From assembly GCA_964016885.1 (NCBI GenBank), contig OZ024764.1:10602001-10666000 (forward strand): 64,000 nt of DNA, given 5' to 3'. The notes beneath the pieces were generated by a model, which did not search any database, was not told the origin of the DNA, and worked only from the letters and a program-made list of their open reading frames with translations. A program made the position numbers and the translations under genes. Each line of letters opens with the position of its first letter. The stretch's first letter is position 1. Origin of the DNA: Eledone cirrhosa. Its lineage: Eukaryota. Shown here one piece after another: positions 15,109 to 27,527 of this stretch.

Positions 15109-16110
15109 TCGTTTGCAATTATGCAAACAAGCCTCATTTTTAAAGCCATGTCAGTAGAATGAAGCCCGCATTCTTGCTCTTGTGTTGGCATGTAAACAGA
15201 ACTGCAGACTCTAATGTTTCTGGGTATCACCCTTCATCAGTACAGCTCACTGTCCAGCCATGTAGAGCGAATTTTTTAATTTTTTTTATTTGAATGTGAC
15301 AAAGCCGGCCATTTATTGCTCATATACAGGAAACTGACTGGCCCGTCTGCTGGTATGCAAATCTGTCTGATCAGTGGATCTGCTGATATGCAAATCTGTC
15401 TGATCAGTGGATCTGCTGATATGCAAATCTGACTGATCAGCCAGTCTGCTGATATGCAAATCTGGCTGATCAGTGGATCTGCTGATATGCAAATCTGGCT
15501 GATCAGTGGATCTGCTGATATGCAAATCTGACTGATCAGCCAGTCTGCTGATATGCAAATCTGGCTGATCAGTGGATCTGCTGATATGCAAATCTGGCTG
15601 ATCAGTGGATCTGCTGATATGCAAATCTGACTGATCAGCCAGTCTGCTGATATGCAAATCTGGCTGATCAGTGGATCTGCTGATATGCAAATCTGGCTGA
15701 TCAGTGGATCTGCTGATATGCAAATCTGGCTGATCAGTGGATCTGCTGATATGCAAATCTGACTGATCAGCCAGTCTGCTGATATGCAAATCTGGCTGAT
15801 CAGTGGATCTGCTGATATGCAAATCTGGCTGATCAGTGGATCTGCTGATATGCAAATCTGGCTGATCAGCCAGTCTGCTAATATGCAAATCTGGCTGATC
15901 AGTCACTGTGTATTTTTAAAAATAATAGCATATATTTTCACAATCTCTGACAGTTGGCAGGTGAACAGTGAGCTGTACTGATGAAGGGTGATACCCAGAA
16001 ACATTAGTGTCTGCAGTTCTGTTTACATGGCAACACAAGAGCAAGAATGAGGGGTTCATTCTACTGACATGGCTTTAAAGATGAGGCTTGTTTGCATAAT
16101 TGCAAACGAA
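15109..16110. mobile_element. About 145-bp inverted repeats, each with a hammerhead, enclosing a 33-bp minisatellite (15345-15905, about 17 units)
   Basis: 15109-15253 is the reverse complement of 15965-16110; unit ctgctgatatgcaaatctggctgatcagtggat. Confidence 0.85.
15970..16019 (+). ncRNA. Type I hammerhead ribozyme (mirror copy at 15199-15248, minus strand)
   Basis: GAGCTGTA-CTGATGA-A-GGGT gat ACCC-A-GAA-ACA ttag TGT-C-TGCAGTTC: 8-bp stem I, stem II, stem III and a GUC cleavage triplet. Confidence 0.8.
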
Positions 16111-16287
16111 TCGAATATTATTATTAATATTCGAAAATAAAGTACCAGTAATGTACTGGGTAATTGCTGGCCTTGTGCTAAATGAAGAAACAATTATTAA
16201 TATTCGAAAAACTCAGATTACATTTATATAAATATGTGTGTGTGTATATGTATATATATATATATATATATACATATATATATACAC

Positions 16288-16330
<43 letters not shown>

Positions 16331-16369
16331 TATATATATATACACACATATATATATATATATATATAC

Positions 16370-16438
<69 letters not shown>

Positions 16439-16443
16439 TATAC

Positions 16444-16490
<47 letters not shown>

Positions 16491-16591
16491 CATATATATA
16501 TATACACACATATATATATATATATATATACATATATATATACATATATATATACATATATATATATACACACACACATATATATATATAT

Positions 16592-16694
<103 letters not shown>

Positions 16695-17035
16695 TATATA
16701 TATATACATGCATACACACATATATACACACACACACACATACATCTCCAGCCTTAAAAGCTGATTGAATAAAAAACAACAACAACAAATGATTTCTTTA
16801 TTAGCCACATAGGGTTTACAGTAAGAAGACATTAAAGACGTACCGGACATTAATTTGTGGGGGTTTTGTGGGAAATGGGGTTTTTGTAGGAAATGCTAAA
16901 AAAATAAACATTTAATAATAATGATAATACTTCATTTATTGTCCACAAGGGCCCACATAATAATAATAAAATGGTTGATAGCAATTCTTTTTTCCATCTC
17001 TAAAGGTCTTCGCCCTATTTCATAAGCTATTTTAT

Positions 17036-17503
17036 AGCATATCTCTGATATTAACTTTATTCCCCCAGCGCTTCGTAATAGTCCGAGAGAACGGCTACAT
17101 AGATAAATAAAATAGCATATCTCTGATATTAATTTTATCACCCCAGCGCTTCGTAATAGTCCGAGAGAACGGCTACATAGATAAATAAAATAGCATATCT
17201 CTGATATTAATTTTATCACCCCAGCGCTTCGTAATAGTCCGAGAGAACGGCTACATAGATAAATAAAATAGCATATCTCTGATATTAATTTTATCACCTC
17301 AGCGCTTCGTAATAGTCCGAGAGAACGGCTACATAGATAAATAAAATAGCATATCTCTGATATTAATTTTATCACCTCAGCGCTTCGTAATAGTCCGAGA
17401 GAACGGCTACATAGATAAATAAAATAGCATATCTCTGATATTAACTTTATCACCCCAGCGCTTCGTAATAGTCCGAGAGAACGGCTACATAGATAAATAA
17501 AAT
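17036..17503. repeat. 78-bp tandem repeat, about 6 copies
   Basis: Unit gcatatctctgatattaattttatcacc...acggctacatagataaataaaata. Confidence 0.92.
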
Positions 17504-17720
17504 AATACTAATATTAGTAAAGATATTAATAATTAACTGACATGATGGGAAAGGGGAGAAGGAGAGAGGTGGAGGTGCTTAAATATTATAGATGCTCACC
17601 CCATATTGTGGCTTCAGTCCAACTTACAAGCCCTCCTCTCCTAATGTGTCACAAGCTGGATTTGTCAATGCGAGGAGAGGATTTAGAAGGGAGTTGATGG
17701 CTTCAGATGGATGGTGCGTG

Positions 17721-18305
17721 GTGCCACAGAAACGTGCGGCGCGACGGCGGGATTGGTTGTTCACAAAAAAGGGACAAACAGTTTCGTTAGGAGGTGTGCT
17801 GTTGCAATGTTTTAGCTGGATGCTCATGGATGCTGGTGCACGGTGCCACAGAAACGTGCGACGCGTGTGGCGGGATTGGTTGTTCACAAAAAAGGGACAA
17901 ACAGTCTCGTTAGGAGGTGTGCTGTTGCAATGTTTTAGCTGGATGCTGGTGGATGCTGGTGCACGGTGCCACAGAAACGTGCGGCGCGACGGCGGGATTG
18001 GTTGTTCACAAAAAAGGGACAAACAGTCTCGTTAGGAGGTGTGCTGTTGCAGTGTTTTAGCTGGATGCTCATGGATGCTGGTGCACGGTGCCACAGAAAC
18101 GTGCGGCGCGACGGCGGGATTGGTTGTTCACAAAAAAGGGACAAACAGTCTCGTTAGGAGGTGTGCGGCGCGACGGCGGGATTGGTTGTTCACAAAAAAG
18201 GGACAAACAGTCTCGTTAGGAGGTGTGCTGTTGCAATGTTTTAGCTGGATGCTGGTGGATGCTGGTGCACGATGCCACAGAAACGTGCGGCGTGACGGCA
18301 AGATT
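17721..18305. repeat. 122-bp GC-rich tandem repeat, about 4.5 copies, abutting the stop codon of the large ORF
   Basis: gtgccacagaaacgtgcg recurs at 17721, 17843, 17966 and 18088. Confidence 0.92.
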
Positions 18306-18310
18306 AGTGT

Positions 18311-21300
18311 TTATAAAAAGGGAAAAAACGTTCTTAGCCTGCAGCGTGGTCTCTTTTCGCAATTGTTCATGTGATTGCGTGGAGCGTTTGTCGCCATCTC
18401 TACCCGGTAATTGGAAGCGGGGTCCAGACCTAATTTGTACACGTGATCGTACCCGGCCGCCGTCTCCACCTCAATCTCGGTCACGTTCTGCCTTGTATTG
18501 TTCATGTAGTGTCGTCGTTCCATCCCGGTTGGGTGTCGCCCGCATCCGCATGCGGGCGCACAACGCCAGCTCTCAGACGTGTGTGATTGGTATTCAAAGT
18601 TGCCTCCATAATGGCAGCAGTGGGGATTGTATCCTTGGCCCACCATCACGCCTCGTTGACCATCGGAGAAACGTCGCTGGTTCGCAGAGCAGGTTGCACA
18701 ATGGTAGTGATGGGGCATGCGTCGCTGCTGTTCGTGCGTGCGTTGCGGACTCTCGGTCATGCATCGCTGGTGCTGAATGGTGGGCACACAAATACAGGGG
18801 TAGGCGCTGCGTTGTTTATCCTTCTTCTTGTATCGTTGTTGTTGTTCAAGGTTGAGCGCAACTTGACAGTGCACGGTGGGCCGTCGCTGATCCACGGGCT
18901 TGCATCGAGGGTCCTCTACCACAGGGCGACAAAGGTATTGGTGGGGCTTGCGCCGTTTGTCCTCGGTGGTGTGTCGCTGCTGTTCAAGGTGGTGCGCAGC
19001 ATGGTAGTGCTCGGTGGTGCGCCGTTTGTCCTCGTTGGTGCTTCGTTTGGACTCGGTGGTGTGTCGCTGCTGTTCAAGGAGGTGCGCAGCATGGCAGTGC
19101 TCGGTGGTGCGTCGCTTATCCTTGGATATGCATGGAGAGTGTTCAAAGCCGGGCGGACTTTGGTATTGGCTGGACTTGCGTCGTTTACCCTCATTCATGC
19201 TTCGATGGTGCGCCGCATGGCAGTGCTCGGTGGCGCGCCGTTGACCCTCGTTCATGCATCGATGGCGCTTAAGGTGTTCCTCTAAATGGCAGTGCTCTGT
19301 GTTGAGTCGCTTCTTCTCGGACCTGCGCTTCTGCTGCTGGTTCACGCGCTGCTGGAGCTCGGCCAAGTGTTCTTGGTGGTCGGCCATGCGCTGCTGAAGC
19401 TTAGACAAGCGCGCCTCCTCAGTGTCTCCGCTGGTGCTCCTGGCTCGGCGTTTGATCACGAGCGGGCTCTCGGTGGTGTCCGGCTTTTTCTGATTTTGGG
19501 CCAACTGTCCTTCACCCGGAAGTGGCACAAAATGTTCGGTTATGTGTTCAAGTTTTGTGACGTCATAATCTTTGCCATCTGCCGGGCGCTCCACCACATA
19601 TTCAGTCGTGCGTGACTGTTCTTGATGCTGCTGTTTGTCTTTTCCTTCGTGGTCGCCGTGGCCGTAACATGGCAACTGGACAAGAAGTTCGGTCACGTGG
19701 TGAGGCTGCGTCACGCCCGGTCGCTCGGCTCCGGTCGGCTTGGCGTAATGTTCGCTCATGTCTTCTAACTCGACGACGCAACGCCGGCCGCTGGTCCCAT
19801 CGCCCGTGCACACGCCGGGCGGTATTTCTATGAAGAACTCGTTCATGTGCTGCGGTTCAATGAGGTTCGCCTGGTCTGCGCCCGACAACCGGATCTGATG
19901 TTCGGTGACCTGTTCCAGTTCGGTGGTGCGTCGGGTGGTGGCCATCACTGGCACGTCTGCGCTGACCAGTTCGAATTGCAACTGTGTCACGTGTTCGTAC
20001 TCGCTAACGTGCTGACACCGGCGACCGTCCCTATGAACGTAGCCTCCGTCCTCGCAGAGAAACTCAGTAACGACCATCTGCTGTTCGATAACTTCCAGCT
20101 GGTACTCGGTGATGTAGTAAGGCGGCTCTTTCGGCGGCAACATTTTTATGCTGGTCTCTGACATTGGTTCCGGGGTAGTCTCGATCATTACATTCACCTC
20201 CTCTGACACCTCAGATCCGGAGAAGCTGGAAATATATTCTAGCTCTGGTTCCGGTTCAGGTTCAGGCTCAGGTTCAGGCTCAAGTTCAGGGACAGGTTCA
20301 GGCTCAGGTTCAGGTTCAGGCTCAGGTTCAGGCTCAGGCTCTGGCTCAGGTTCAGGCTCAGGCTCTGGCTCAGGTTCAGGCTCAGGCTCAGGTTCAGGCT
20401 CTGGCTCAGGTTCAGGTTCAGGCTCAGGCTCAGGTTCAGGTTCAGGTTCAGGCTCAGGCTCAGGTTCAGGTTCAGGCTCAGGTTCAGGTTCAAATATCAT
20501 CTCTATTCCAGGTTCAATTTCAAATATCAGCTCAGGTTCAGGTTCAGGCTCAGGTTCAAGCTCAGGTTCAGGTTCAGGTTCAGGCTCAGGTTCAGGCTCA
20601 GGCTCAGGTTCAGACTCAGGTTCAGACTCAGGTTCAGGCTCAGACTCAGACTCAGGTTCAGGTTCAGGCTCAGGCTCAGGTTCAGGTTCAGGCTCAGGTT
20701 CAGGTTCAGGTTCAAATATCATCTCTATTCCAGGTTCAATTTCAAATATCAGCTCAGTTTCAGGTTCAAATACCAGATCAAATTCAAGTTCAGGTTCAGG
20801 TTCAGGTTCAGGTTCAAATAGCAGCACCTGTACAGGTTCAGGTTTAGGTTTAGGTTTAGGCTTAGGTTTAGGCTCAGGCTTAGGCTCAAGTTTAGGTTTA
20901 GGCTTAGGTTTAGGCTTAGGTTTAGGCTCAGGCTTAGGCTCAAGTTTAGGTTTAGGCTTAGGTTTAGGTTTAGGCTCAGGTTCAGGCTCAGGTTCAGGCT
21001 CAGGTTCAGGCTCAGGCTCAGGTTCAGGCTCAGGCTCAGGTTCAGGTTCAGATTCAGGTTCAGATTCAGGTTCAGGTTCAGGTTCAGGTTCAGGTTCAGA
21101 TTCAGGTTCAGGTTCAGATTCAGGTTCAGGTTCAGGTTCAGGTTCAGGTTCAGGTTCAGATTCAGGTTCAGGTTCAGGTTCAGGTTCAGATTCAGGCTCA
21201 GATTCAGGCTCAGATTCAGGCTCAGATTCAGGCTCAGATTCAGGCTCAGATTCAGGTTCAAGTTCAGATACAGACTTAAATTCAATTAGTCCTGTCAGTG

Positions 21301-21574
21301 TAATTTGTTTACGCTTAGGCTGAGGCACATCTACTGACAAAGGAGGGCTTTCGGAGGGCGGCCGCGGGATGTCGCTCACCTTGTATTCGGGCTCTGGGTA
21401 GCCCTCAATGTCAGTCTGAAATTCGAACGCTTGAGGTAGTGGTGGTGGTGGTTGAGGCGAAGGCGAATATGACGGCGGAGGTGCTTTCTTTTGGGGTACA
21501 TCTTTCTTCGGGACATCATCGCGTTTCTTCTTCTTTTCATGAACGCAGTTTATCAAGTTGACCGGCCGGACTGA
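18311..21574 (-). CDS. Large terminal exon of an uncharacterised protein: Lys/Pro-rich head, (EP)n-(KP)n-(EP)n rod, HVTE-type repeats, coiled coil, [11 protein letters not shown] repeats
   Basis: 1088 uninterrupted codons, GC-rich against the background; the repeat alternates synonymous GAA/GAG and AAA/AAG and keeps frame. Candidate phase-0 acceptor ctcag|TCA at 21574; alternative ATG starts at 21667 or 21583. Confidence 0.72.
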   Translation of the reverse strand, partial: SVRPVNLINCVHEKKKKRDDVPKKDVPQKKAPPPSYSPSPQPPPPLPQAFEFQTDIEGYPEPEYKVSDIPRPPSESPPLSVDVPQPKRKQITLTGLIEFKSVSELEPESEPESEPESEPESEPESEPESEPEPEPEPESEPEPEPEPEPEPESEPEPESEPEPEPEPEPESEPESEPEPEPEPEPEPEPEPEPEPEPEPEPKPKPKPKPKLEPKPEPKPKPKPKPKPKLEPKPEPKPKPKPKPKPEPVQVLLFEPEPEPEPELEFDLVFEPETELIFEIEPGIEMIFEPEPEPEPEPEPEPEPEPEPESESEPEPESEPESEPEPEPEPEPEPEPEPELEPEPEPEPELIFEIEPGIEMIFEPEPEPEPEPEPEPEPEPEPEPEPEPEPEPEPEPEPEPEPEPEPEPEPEPEPEPEPEPEPEPEPEPVPELEPEPEPEPEPEPELEYISSFSGSEVSEEVNVMIETTPEPMSETSIKMLPPKEPPYYITEYQLEVIEQQMVVTEFLCEDGGYVHRDGRRCQHVSEYEHVTQLQFELVSADVPVMATTRRTTELEQVTEHQIRLSGADQANLIEPQHMNEFFIEIPPGVCTGDGTSGRRCVVELEDMSEHYAKPTGAERPGVTQPHHVTELLVQLPCYGHGDHEGKDKQQHQEQSRTTEYVVERPADGKDYDVTKLEHITEHFVPLPGEGQLAQNQKKPDTTESPLVIKRRARSTSGDTEEARLSKLQQRMADHQEHLAELQQRVNQQQKRRSEKKRLNTEHCHLEEHLKRHRCMNEGQRRATEHCHAAHHRSMNEGKRRKSSQYQSPPGFEHSPCISKDKRRTTEHCHAAHLLEQQRHTTESKRSTNEDKRRTTEHYHAAHHLEQQRHTTEDKRRKPHQYLCRPVVEDPRCKPVDQRRPTVHCQVALNLEQQQRYKKKDKQRSAYPCICVPTIQHQRCMTESPQRTHEQQRRMPHHYHCATCSANQRRFSDGQRGVMVGQGYNPHCCHYGGNFEYQSHTSESWRCAPACGCGRHPTGMERRHYMNNTRQNVTEIEVETAAGYDHVYKLGLDPASNYRVEMATNAPRNHMNNCEKRPRCRLRTFFPFL

Positions 21575-21681
21575 CTGAGCCATGCAGTATGCAAACAATT
21601 GATAAAATACATACAGACTGAAGAGAATGCCGATGCAATCGAATTCCGTATAGTTTAATATAAGCATGGTTATATATTTGT

Positions 21682-22862
21682 GAAGGTGCGTGGCTCTGTA
21701 ATTAGGGCAATTCGGCTCAAGATCGTAAGCCCGTAAGTTGGATTTCTGGCGTTGCGCTTTGTCCTTAAGCAAGACACTTTATTTCGCGTTGCTCCAGTCC
21801 ACGGTGTCCTTGAGCAAGACACTTTATTTCACGTTGATCCAATCCACTGTGTCCTTGAGCAAGATACTTTATTTAACGTTGCTTCAGTCCACTGTGTCCT
21901 TGAGCAAGATACTTTATTTCACGTTGCTCCAGACCACCGTGTCCTTGAACAAAATACTTTATTTCACGTTGCTCCAGACCACCGTGTCCTTGAGAAAGAT
22001 ACTTTATTTCACGTTGCTCCAGTCCACTGTGTCCTTGAGCAAGACACTTTATTTCAGGTTGCTCCAGACCACTGTGTCCTTGAGAAAGATACTTTATTTC
22101 ACGTTGCTTCAGTCCACTGTGTCCTTGAGCAAGATACTTTATTTAACGTTGCTTCAGTCCACTGTGTCCTTGAGCAAGACACTTTATTTCACGTTGCTCC
22201 AGACCACCGTGTCCTTGAACAAAATACTTTATTTCACGTTGCTCCAGACCACCGTGTCCTTGAACAAAATACTTTATTTCACGTTGCTCCAGACCACTGT
22301 GTCCTTGAGAAAGATACTTTATTTCACGTTGCTCCAGTCCACTGTGTCCTTGAAAAAGATACTTTATTTCACGTTGCTCCAGTCCACTGTGTCCTTGAGC
22401 AAGACACTTTATTTCACGTTGCTCCAGACCACTGTGTCCTAGATCAAGACACTTTATTTCATGTTGCTCCAGTCCACTGTGTCCTTGAACAAGATACTTT
22501 ATTTCACGTTGCTCCAGACCACTGTGTCCTAGAGTAAGACACTTTATTTCATGTTGCTCCAATCTACTGTGTCCTTGAGCAAGATACTTTATTTCACGTT
22601 GTTCCAGTCCACTGTATCCTTGAGCAAGACACTTTATTTCACGTTGCTCCAATTCACTCAGCTGGCAAAAATTAGTTGTACCTGCAATTCAAAACGGCCA
22701 ACCTTGTTACATTCTGTGTCATGCTGAATCTCCCTGAGAACAATGTTAAGGGCACGTATGTCTGTGAAATGCTCTGCCACTTGCACGTTAATTTCACGGG
22801 AGTCTGTTCCGTTGACCGGATAAAGTGGAATACTCCTCTCCACGTAATTGACGGAGTGTCTT
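21682..22862 (+). mobile_element. tRNA-derived SINE (Meta-domain-like) with an internal 52-bp segment expanded to about 17 tandem copies (21760-22655)
   Basis: Head gaaggtgcgtggctc...ttaggg...gatcgtaag, unit gtccttgagcaagacactttatttcacgttgctccagtccactgt, then the remaining body with cttgcacgttaa. Confidence 0.75.
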
Positions 22863-23173
22863 TCCTCAAGTTATGTGTGTGTGTGTGTGCGTATTTTTCT
22901 TTTTCCAAGATGGCTGATTAACAACAACGTGTGCTTTCTCCTCTTCCTTTTCCGAGGTTTCCTTCTGGTTTGTTTGTTTTTCTTACTGTCGTAGGTTTTC
23001 CTTTTTCTTTTCTCTCTCAAACATCCTCACCCCGCTCTCTCTATCTTCTGATGAAAGACCAGCGTCTGAGACGAATGTTAACACTCTTTTCTAACTCTAT
23101 TTTCTTGCATTGCTTTTTCTAGTTCCCTGTTGACATTTCTTTCTCTCTCTCTCTCCCTCACACACACACACAC

Positions 23174-23237
<64 letters not shown>

Positions 23238-23343
23238 CCTGCGTGTGTGTATGTTACATTTCTTTCAATACAAACTGCAATAAATTGAAATAGAAATGTA
23301 CATTTATACGTTTATCACATGCATATATATATATGTGCGTGTG

Positions 23344-23397
<54 letters not shown>

Positions 23398-23400
<3 letters not shown>

Positions 23401-24062
23401 TAGCCGAATTACCCGCGCCTTGCTGTGTTTCACACATTTTTTTTTTTGTAAGAAAATGATTGATTTTAAATCAGTGATATAATTTATGGAGAAAAACGTT
23501 GCATTTCAATATTACTCGATGTAAAATGTAATGCATGAAATATTGGAAAACATCATTTTTTGTAATATATCAAATCAAGATTAAATTATTAAATCTTATT
23601 CTTATTTTGTTTCTTGTAAATAATTTAGTTCAAAATATCAATTCAAAACTTTTGTGAATAGGCATCATATCTTATCATTTACCTATGGTTTAAATTTCAT
23701 ATAAATCGAAGGAGCGTGGATTTGTGCCTCCGGGGAACCCTAATAGGGGGTTTAACTCCCATTAGGGTGTCTTAATATTATTGAAATCTGCTGAATAGGC
23801 ATCATATCATGTCATTTACATATGGTTTACATATCATGTCATTTACATATGGTTTAAATTTAATATGAATCGAAGGGAAAAAAGTTTCAGCGGGGGTTTT
23901 GTGTCCCCGGGGAACCCTTTGATTAAAATGAAATATACTTATCCAAGTACCCTGGGCAATGTAGTTTCAGAATATATATGGTTATGGAGGTCTAACTCCT
24001 AAACCATAGGAGGAGTTGGTGAACAAACAAACAAACAAACAGGAACTACAACTTTATGTATA
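23398..24062 (+). mobile_element. Possible non-autonomous Helentron/HINE-like element
   Basis: Starts tactagc...cccgcg, ends ggaggagtt...(caaa)n...actttatgtata; inserted in (TA)n. Confidence 0.45.
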
Positions 24063-24089
24063 TATATATATATATGTGTGTGTGTATGC

Positions 24090-24118
<29 letters not shown>

Positions 24119-24125
<7 letters not shown>

Positions 24126-24478
24126 GTTTGGAGTTGGAAGGCCAAAACAATGCAGGTATGGATATAGAATATGAGTGCAAATGCAAAAGATATTGTTGAC
24201 AATTAGTCTTTTACCTTAAATTTATTTAAATATCCTTAATTTTCGAGATAATATCTCTTCTTCGGAGGGAAGTAAAGGGTTAATCCAGTGTTCTAATTAG
24301 CTTGCCAAGTCATGCATGACTTGGCAAGCTAATTAGAACACTGGATTATCTTGAAAATTAAGGATATTTAAATAAATTTAAGGTAAAAGACTAATTGTCA
24401 ACAATATCTTTTGCATTTGCACTTATATTCTATATCCATACCTGCATTGTTTTGGCCTTACAACTCCAAACGTTTATA
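24119..24478. mobile_element. Fold-back element with a minimal hammerhead variant on the minus strand (24232-24270)
   Basis: Palindrome centred on cttgccaagtcatgcatgacttggcaag; CCT-CCGAAGA-A-GAGATA/TATCTC-GAA-AATT-A-AGG. Confidence 0.7.
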
Positions 24479-24518
24479 CCTCATTACGCAATGCTTCAAG
24501 TAAACTACAACTTCCTCC

Positions 24519-24560
<42 letters not shown>

Positions 24561-24571
24561 ATGTATATATG

Positions 24572-25180
24572 TCAGGTCGCCAGTTGGTGCTACTGGTAAC
24601 ACGTATCCCAGTACAACCTGTCTCATGGTCGGGTCGTTGGCGACTAAACTGGCAACCCCACCAAGGTTTCTTGGTGAGGAGGGTGACTTTGGACATCCTG
24701 CAGGACTAAAAACAAAACCTGTCAAAGGGCAAAGGAACTCTTAAGAGTCAATGGCCATCCAAAATCACCGGGAGAGATGACCCCTTAGCCTTTGTCAAGT
24801 CAGAATTCTAGGAGAAGGAAAACTCTGATATAACACCTGCAACCCTGATGGTATCCAATGATGTTGACTTGTTCTTCTTTTTGGTAAATATCATCTTGGT
24901 TAAGAGAGTGGGACTGGCTTTGGGCAGTGCCTTTGCTCACTATAAAAGCTTCACGGCACAGACATTGCTTTATATCTGGAGATCTCTCTGCACATGTCGT
25001 CACATGGTACCATGGGCCCAGCACTATGTGTCAATAATTGTCACAAGTGTAGTGTTTGTACCAGAGTTTTCAAGTCGCTGGCTGGACTAAAAAGTCACAC
25101 TCGTTCAGCGCATCGGTAGGGGTTCTCCTACATGGATATAAAGTAGTGGCCGTACTCGAAAACGAGTTGGCAGCCACCAT
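24572..25180. mobile_element. Unclassified interspersed repeat; second copy inverted at 34058-34514
   Basis: About 450 bp near-identical in opposite orientation, each flanked by microsatellite. Confidence 0.7.
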
Positions 25181-25241
25181 GTATGTATGTATGTTTCTCC
25201 GTAGACTTTTGGTTATATATATGTGTGTGTGTGTGTGTGTG

Positions 25242-25292
<51 letters not shown>

Positions 25293-25790
25293 GTGTGTAG
25301 TGTATTGGCGTGTAACGTTTAGTAACAATCGGTTCATCCGTTTAAGCACGCAGTGTCGATATCGGTTCAGTTGCCGATGTGGTATTCCACGTTTTGTATT
25401 ACACCGTAGTCAGTATCCTTAAGAAGCAGAGAGCTAATAATAATTGTGTCTACTTTAGGCACAAGGCCAGCAATTACCCAATTCATGACTGGTGTTTATT
25501 TTATCGACCCCGTAAGGATGAAAGGCAAAGTCAACCTCGGCGGGATTTGAGAGCTAATAATAATGATAATAATAATAATAATAATATTCCTGTTTCTTAT
25601 ATATATATATATAATTATGTAATAAACAACATAAGACAATTATTCCATTTACCAAAGGTTTCACGAAGACAGACGAGCTCAACAGAGACGTCTGAAATTG
25701 CTCATAAAAAAAACTCTCTCTATCTCCCTCTCCATATATAGATGTAGTTCCACAACAGTTAATTCACCATACAGAGAACAAATGGCTCAC

Positions 25791-25891
25791 CTTATTCGGT
25801 TCCTCAGCTTTATAGGTGTATAGGTGCAAGAAAATTGCGGGGTCTTTCGATTCCAGAGTCAGGTTCGATGAATAATAGATCGTTCCTCGAG
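25791..25891 (-). CDS. Candidate internal exon (ARGTIYYSSNLTLESKDPAIFLHLYTYKAEEPNK) of the EP-repeat gene
   Basis: atcag| acceptor and AAG|gtgagc donor; phase 1 in and phase 0 out, compatible with both flanking candidate exons. Confidence 0.5.
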
Positions 25892-26273
25892 CTGATCGAT
25901 AGTGAAACATATGTAATATGTTATTAAATTTGTTATGATGTAACACTGATTCCTTCTTCCTTTATTCTTATACTATACTATATATATATATATATATATA
26001 TATATGGTTGATCTATGTATGTATGTATGTATGTATGTATGTATGTATGTATGTATGTATGTATGTATGTATGTATGTATGTATGTATTCCTCCACCGGC
26101 TTAAAAAACAAACCTAGTTATATGAGAATGTAAAGAAAGATATTGTCGTTCCTTCTCAGGTTAATTATTTTGAATCCTTTGAAAAACTTTCTGTCGTCTC
26201 TTCAATGAGAACAGAGAAAGAAAAATATTTATTGCCAGTTCCTTTGTTATTATTGTCACCTAGTTATATTCAC

Positions 26274-26307
26274 CAACCATAATTGGGTTACAGTGGGGGT
26301 CAGCCAT
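26274..26307 (-). CDS. Candidate first coding segment (MADPHCNPIMV) of the EP-repeat gene
   Basis: caacATGG context and phase-1 G|gtgaat donor; the frame is also open upstream to a tgcag acceptor near 26394. Confidence 0.4.
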
Positions 26308-27297
26308 GTTGTCTACTACAAGGTGACGTCTTTGTTCATGTATTCTTCTCTTGTTGGTTTTAGTCTTTTTGTTTGTGAATTTTATAAAAGGGGCTGCAAT
26401 GATTGAGAGAATTATAACAGGCAGACTCACTGACAGAGTTCCCTATCGAAGTTTCTGTGTTCTTCTGTACCTTTTTAAGGGGTGCAATGATTAAGTAAAA
26501 TATAACAGGCAGGCACGCAGAGCCTCCTGGCGAAGTTTGTGTTCTGCCTCTTTTTATGGGGCTATAATGGTTGAGAAAAAAACATATATATAACAGAAAA
26601 CAGATACACTGAAAGAGACTCCTGGCGTAGTTTCTCCTCCTTCAGTTTCTTCTTCTGTATTATAGGAGGCGGCAAGTTTGTCGACCTCCACGGAGTGAGT
26701 CCTGAAAACTGGTCGCTGACCGCTGATCTCTGATCTATGATCTCAGATCCCTGGTCACTGGTCATTGATGACTGAGCTCTGATCTCTGGTCACTGATCAC
26801 TAATCGCTGATCTCTGGTCGCTGATTTCTGGTCACTGATCACTTATCTCTAGTCACTGATCACAGATCCCCGGTCACTGATCACTGATCGGTGATCCCTG
26901 GTCGCTGATCTCTGGTGACTGAACTCTCATCTTTGATCTCGATGAAGGGTGAACGACAACAATCTAAATCGACTTACTCCTCTTCTTTCCTCTCCTCTTC
27001 CTCCTCCTCCTTCCTTCTGTCCCTGTTGTGGAAGTTTCGGCTACAATTTAAGTGGCCATGACCACGGACCAAAACCTTTTAACCCACTGCAACACAGACT
27101 AGAAAATACGACTTTCTAAGTCATATGCTGTTGTTGTTAAGAGAAGAAGAAAAGAAAAAAAACCCTCTCTATCTCTCTTTCACCATACTCTCTCTCTCTC
27201 ACCATACCCTCTCTCCATCTCTCTCTTTCTCGCGTCCATCTTAACCTCCTCATTACTCTTGTTTTCTTCCTTCTCCCCCTCTTCCGTCTATTAGACT

Positions 27298-27347
<50 letters not shown>

Positions 27348-27363
27348 CACACTCTCTCTCCAA

Positions 27364-27371
27364 TGACGTCA
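27364..27371. promoter_or_regulatory. Full CRE palindrome TGACGTCA upstream of the candidate gene
   Basis: Exact 8-mer next to a (CT)n tract, about 320 bp upstream of a putative 5' UTR exon (26979-27040, gtaagt donor). Confidence 0.3.
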
Positions 27372-27485
27372 TCAAACGAACTCATGTGAAAGGGAGGCGC
27401 ATAGATACGTATATATTATATATACATAAATACATATACATACATACACACACATATGCACACACGCACACACACACACATAAAT

Positions 27486-27527
<42 letters not shown>

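Noticed and set aside
20838-20975. TTAGG(T/C) telomere-like hexamers
   Set aside because: They are the reverse complement of Pro-Lys codons inside the ORF, not TTAGGG arrays.
20148-21323. 391-aa Ser-Gly ORF on the plus strand
   Set aside because: Antisense shadow of the EP repeat; the non-repetitive flanks are open for more than 1000 codons only on the minus strand.
21738-22652. Repeat-protein ORFs, and the first 35 aa of the 1153-aa ORF
   Set aside because: They derive from the SINE and its internal array.
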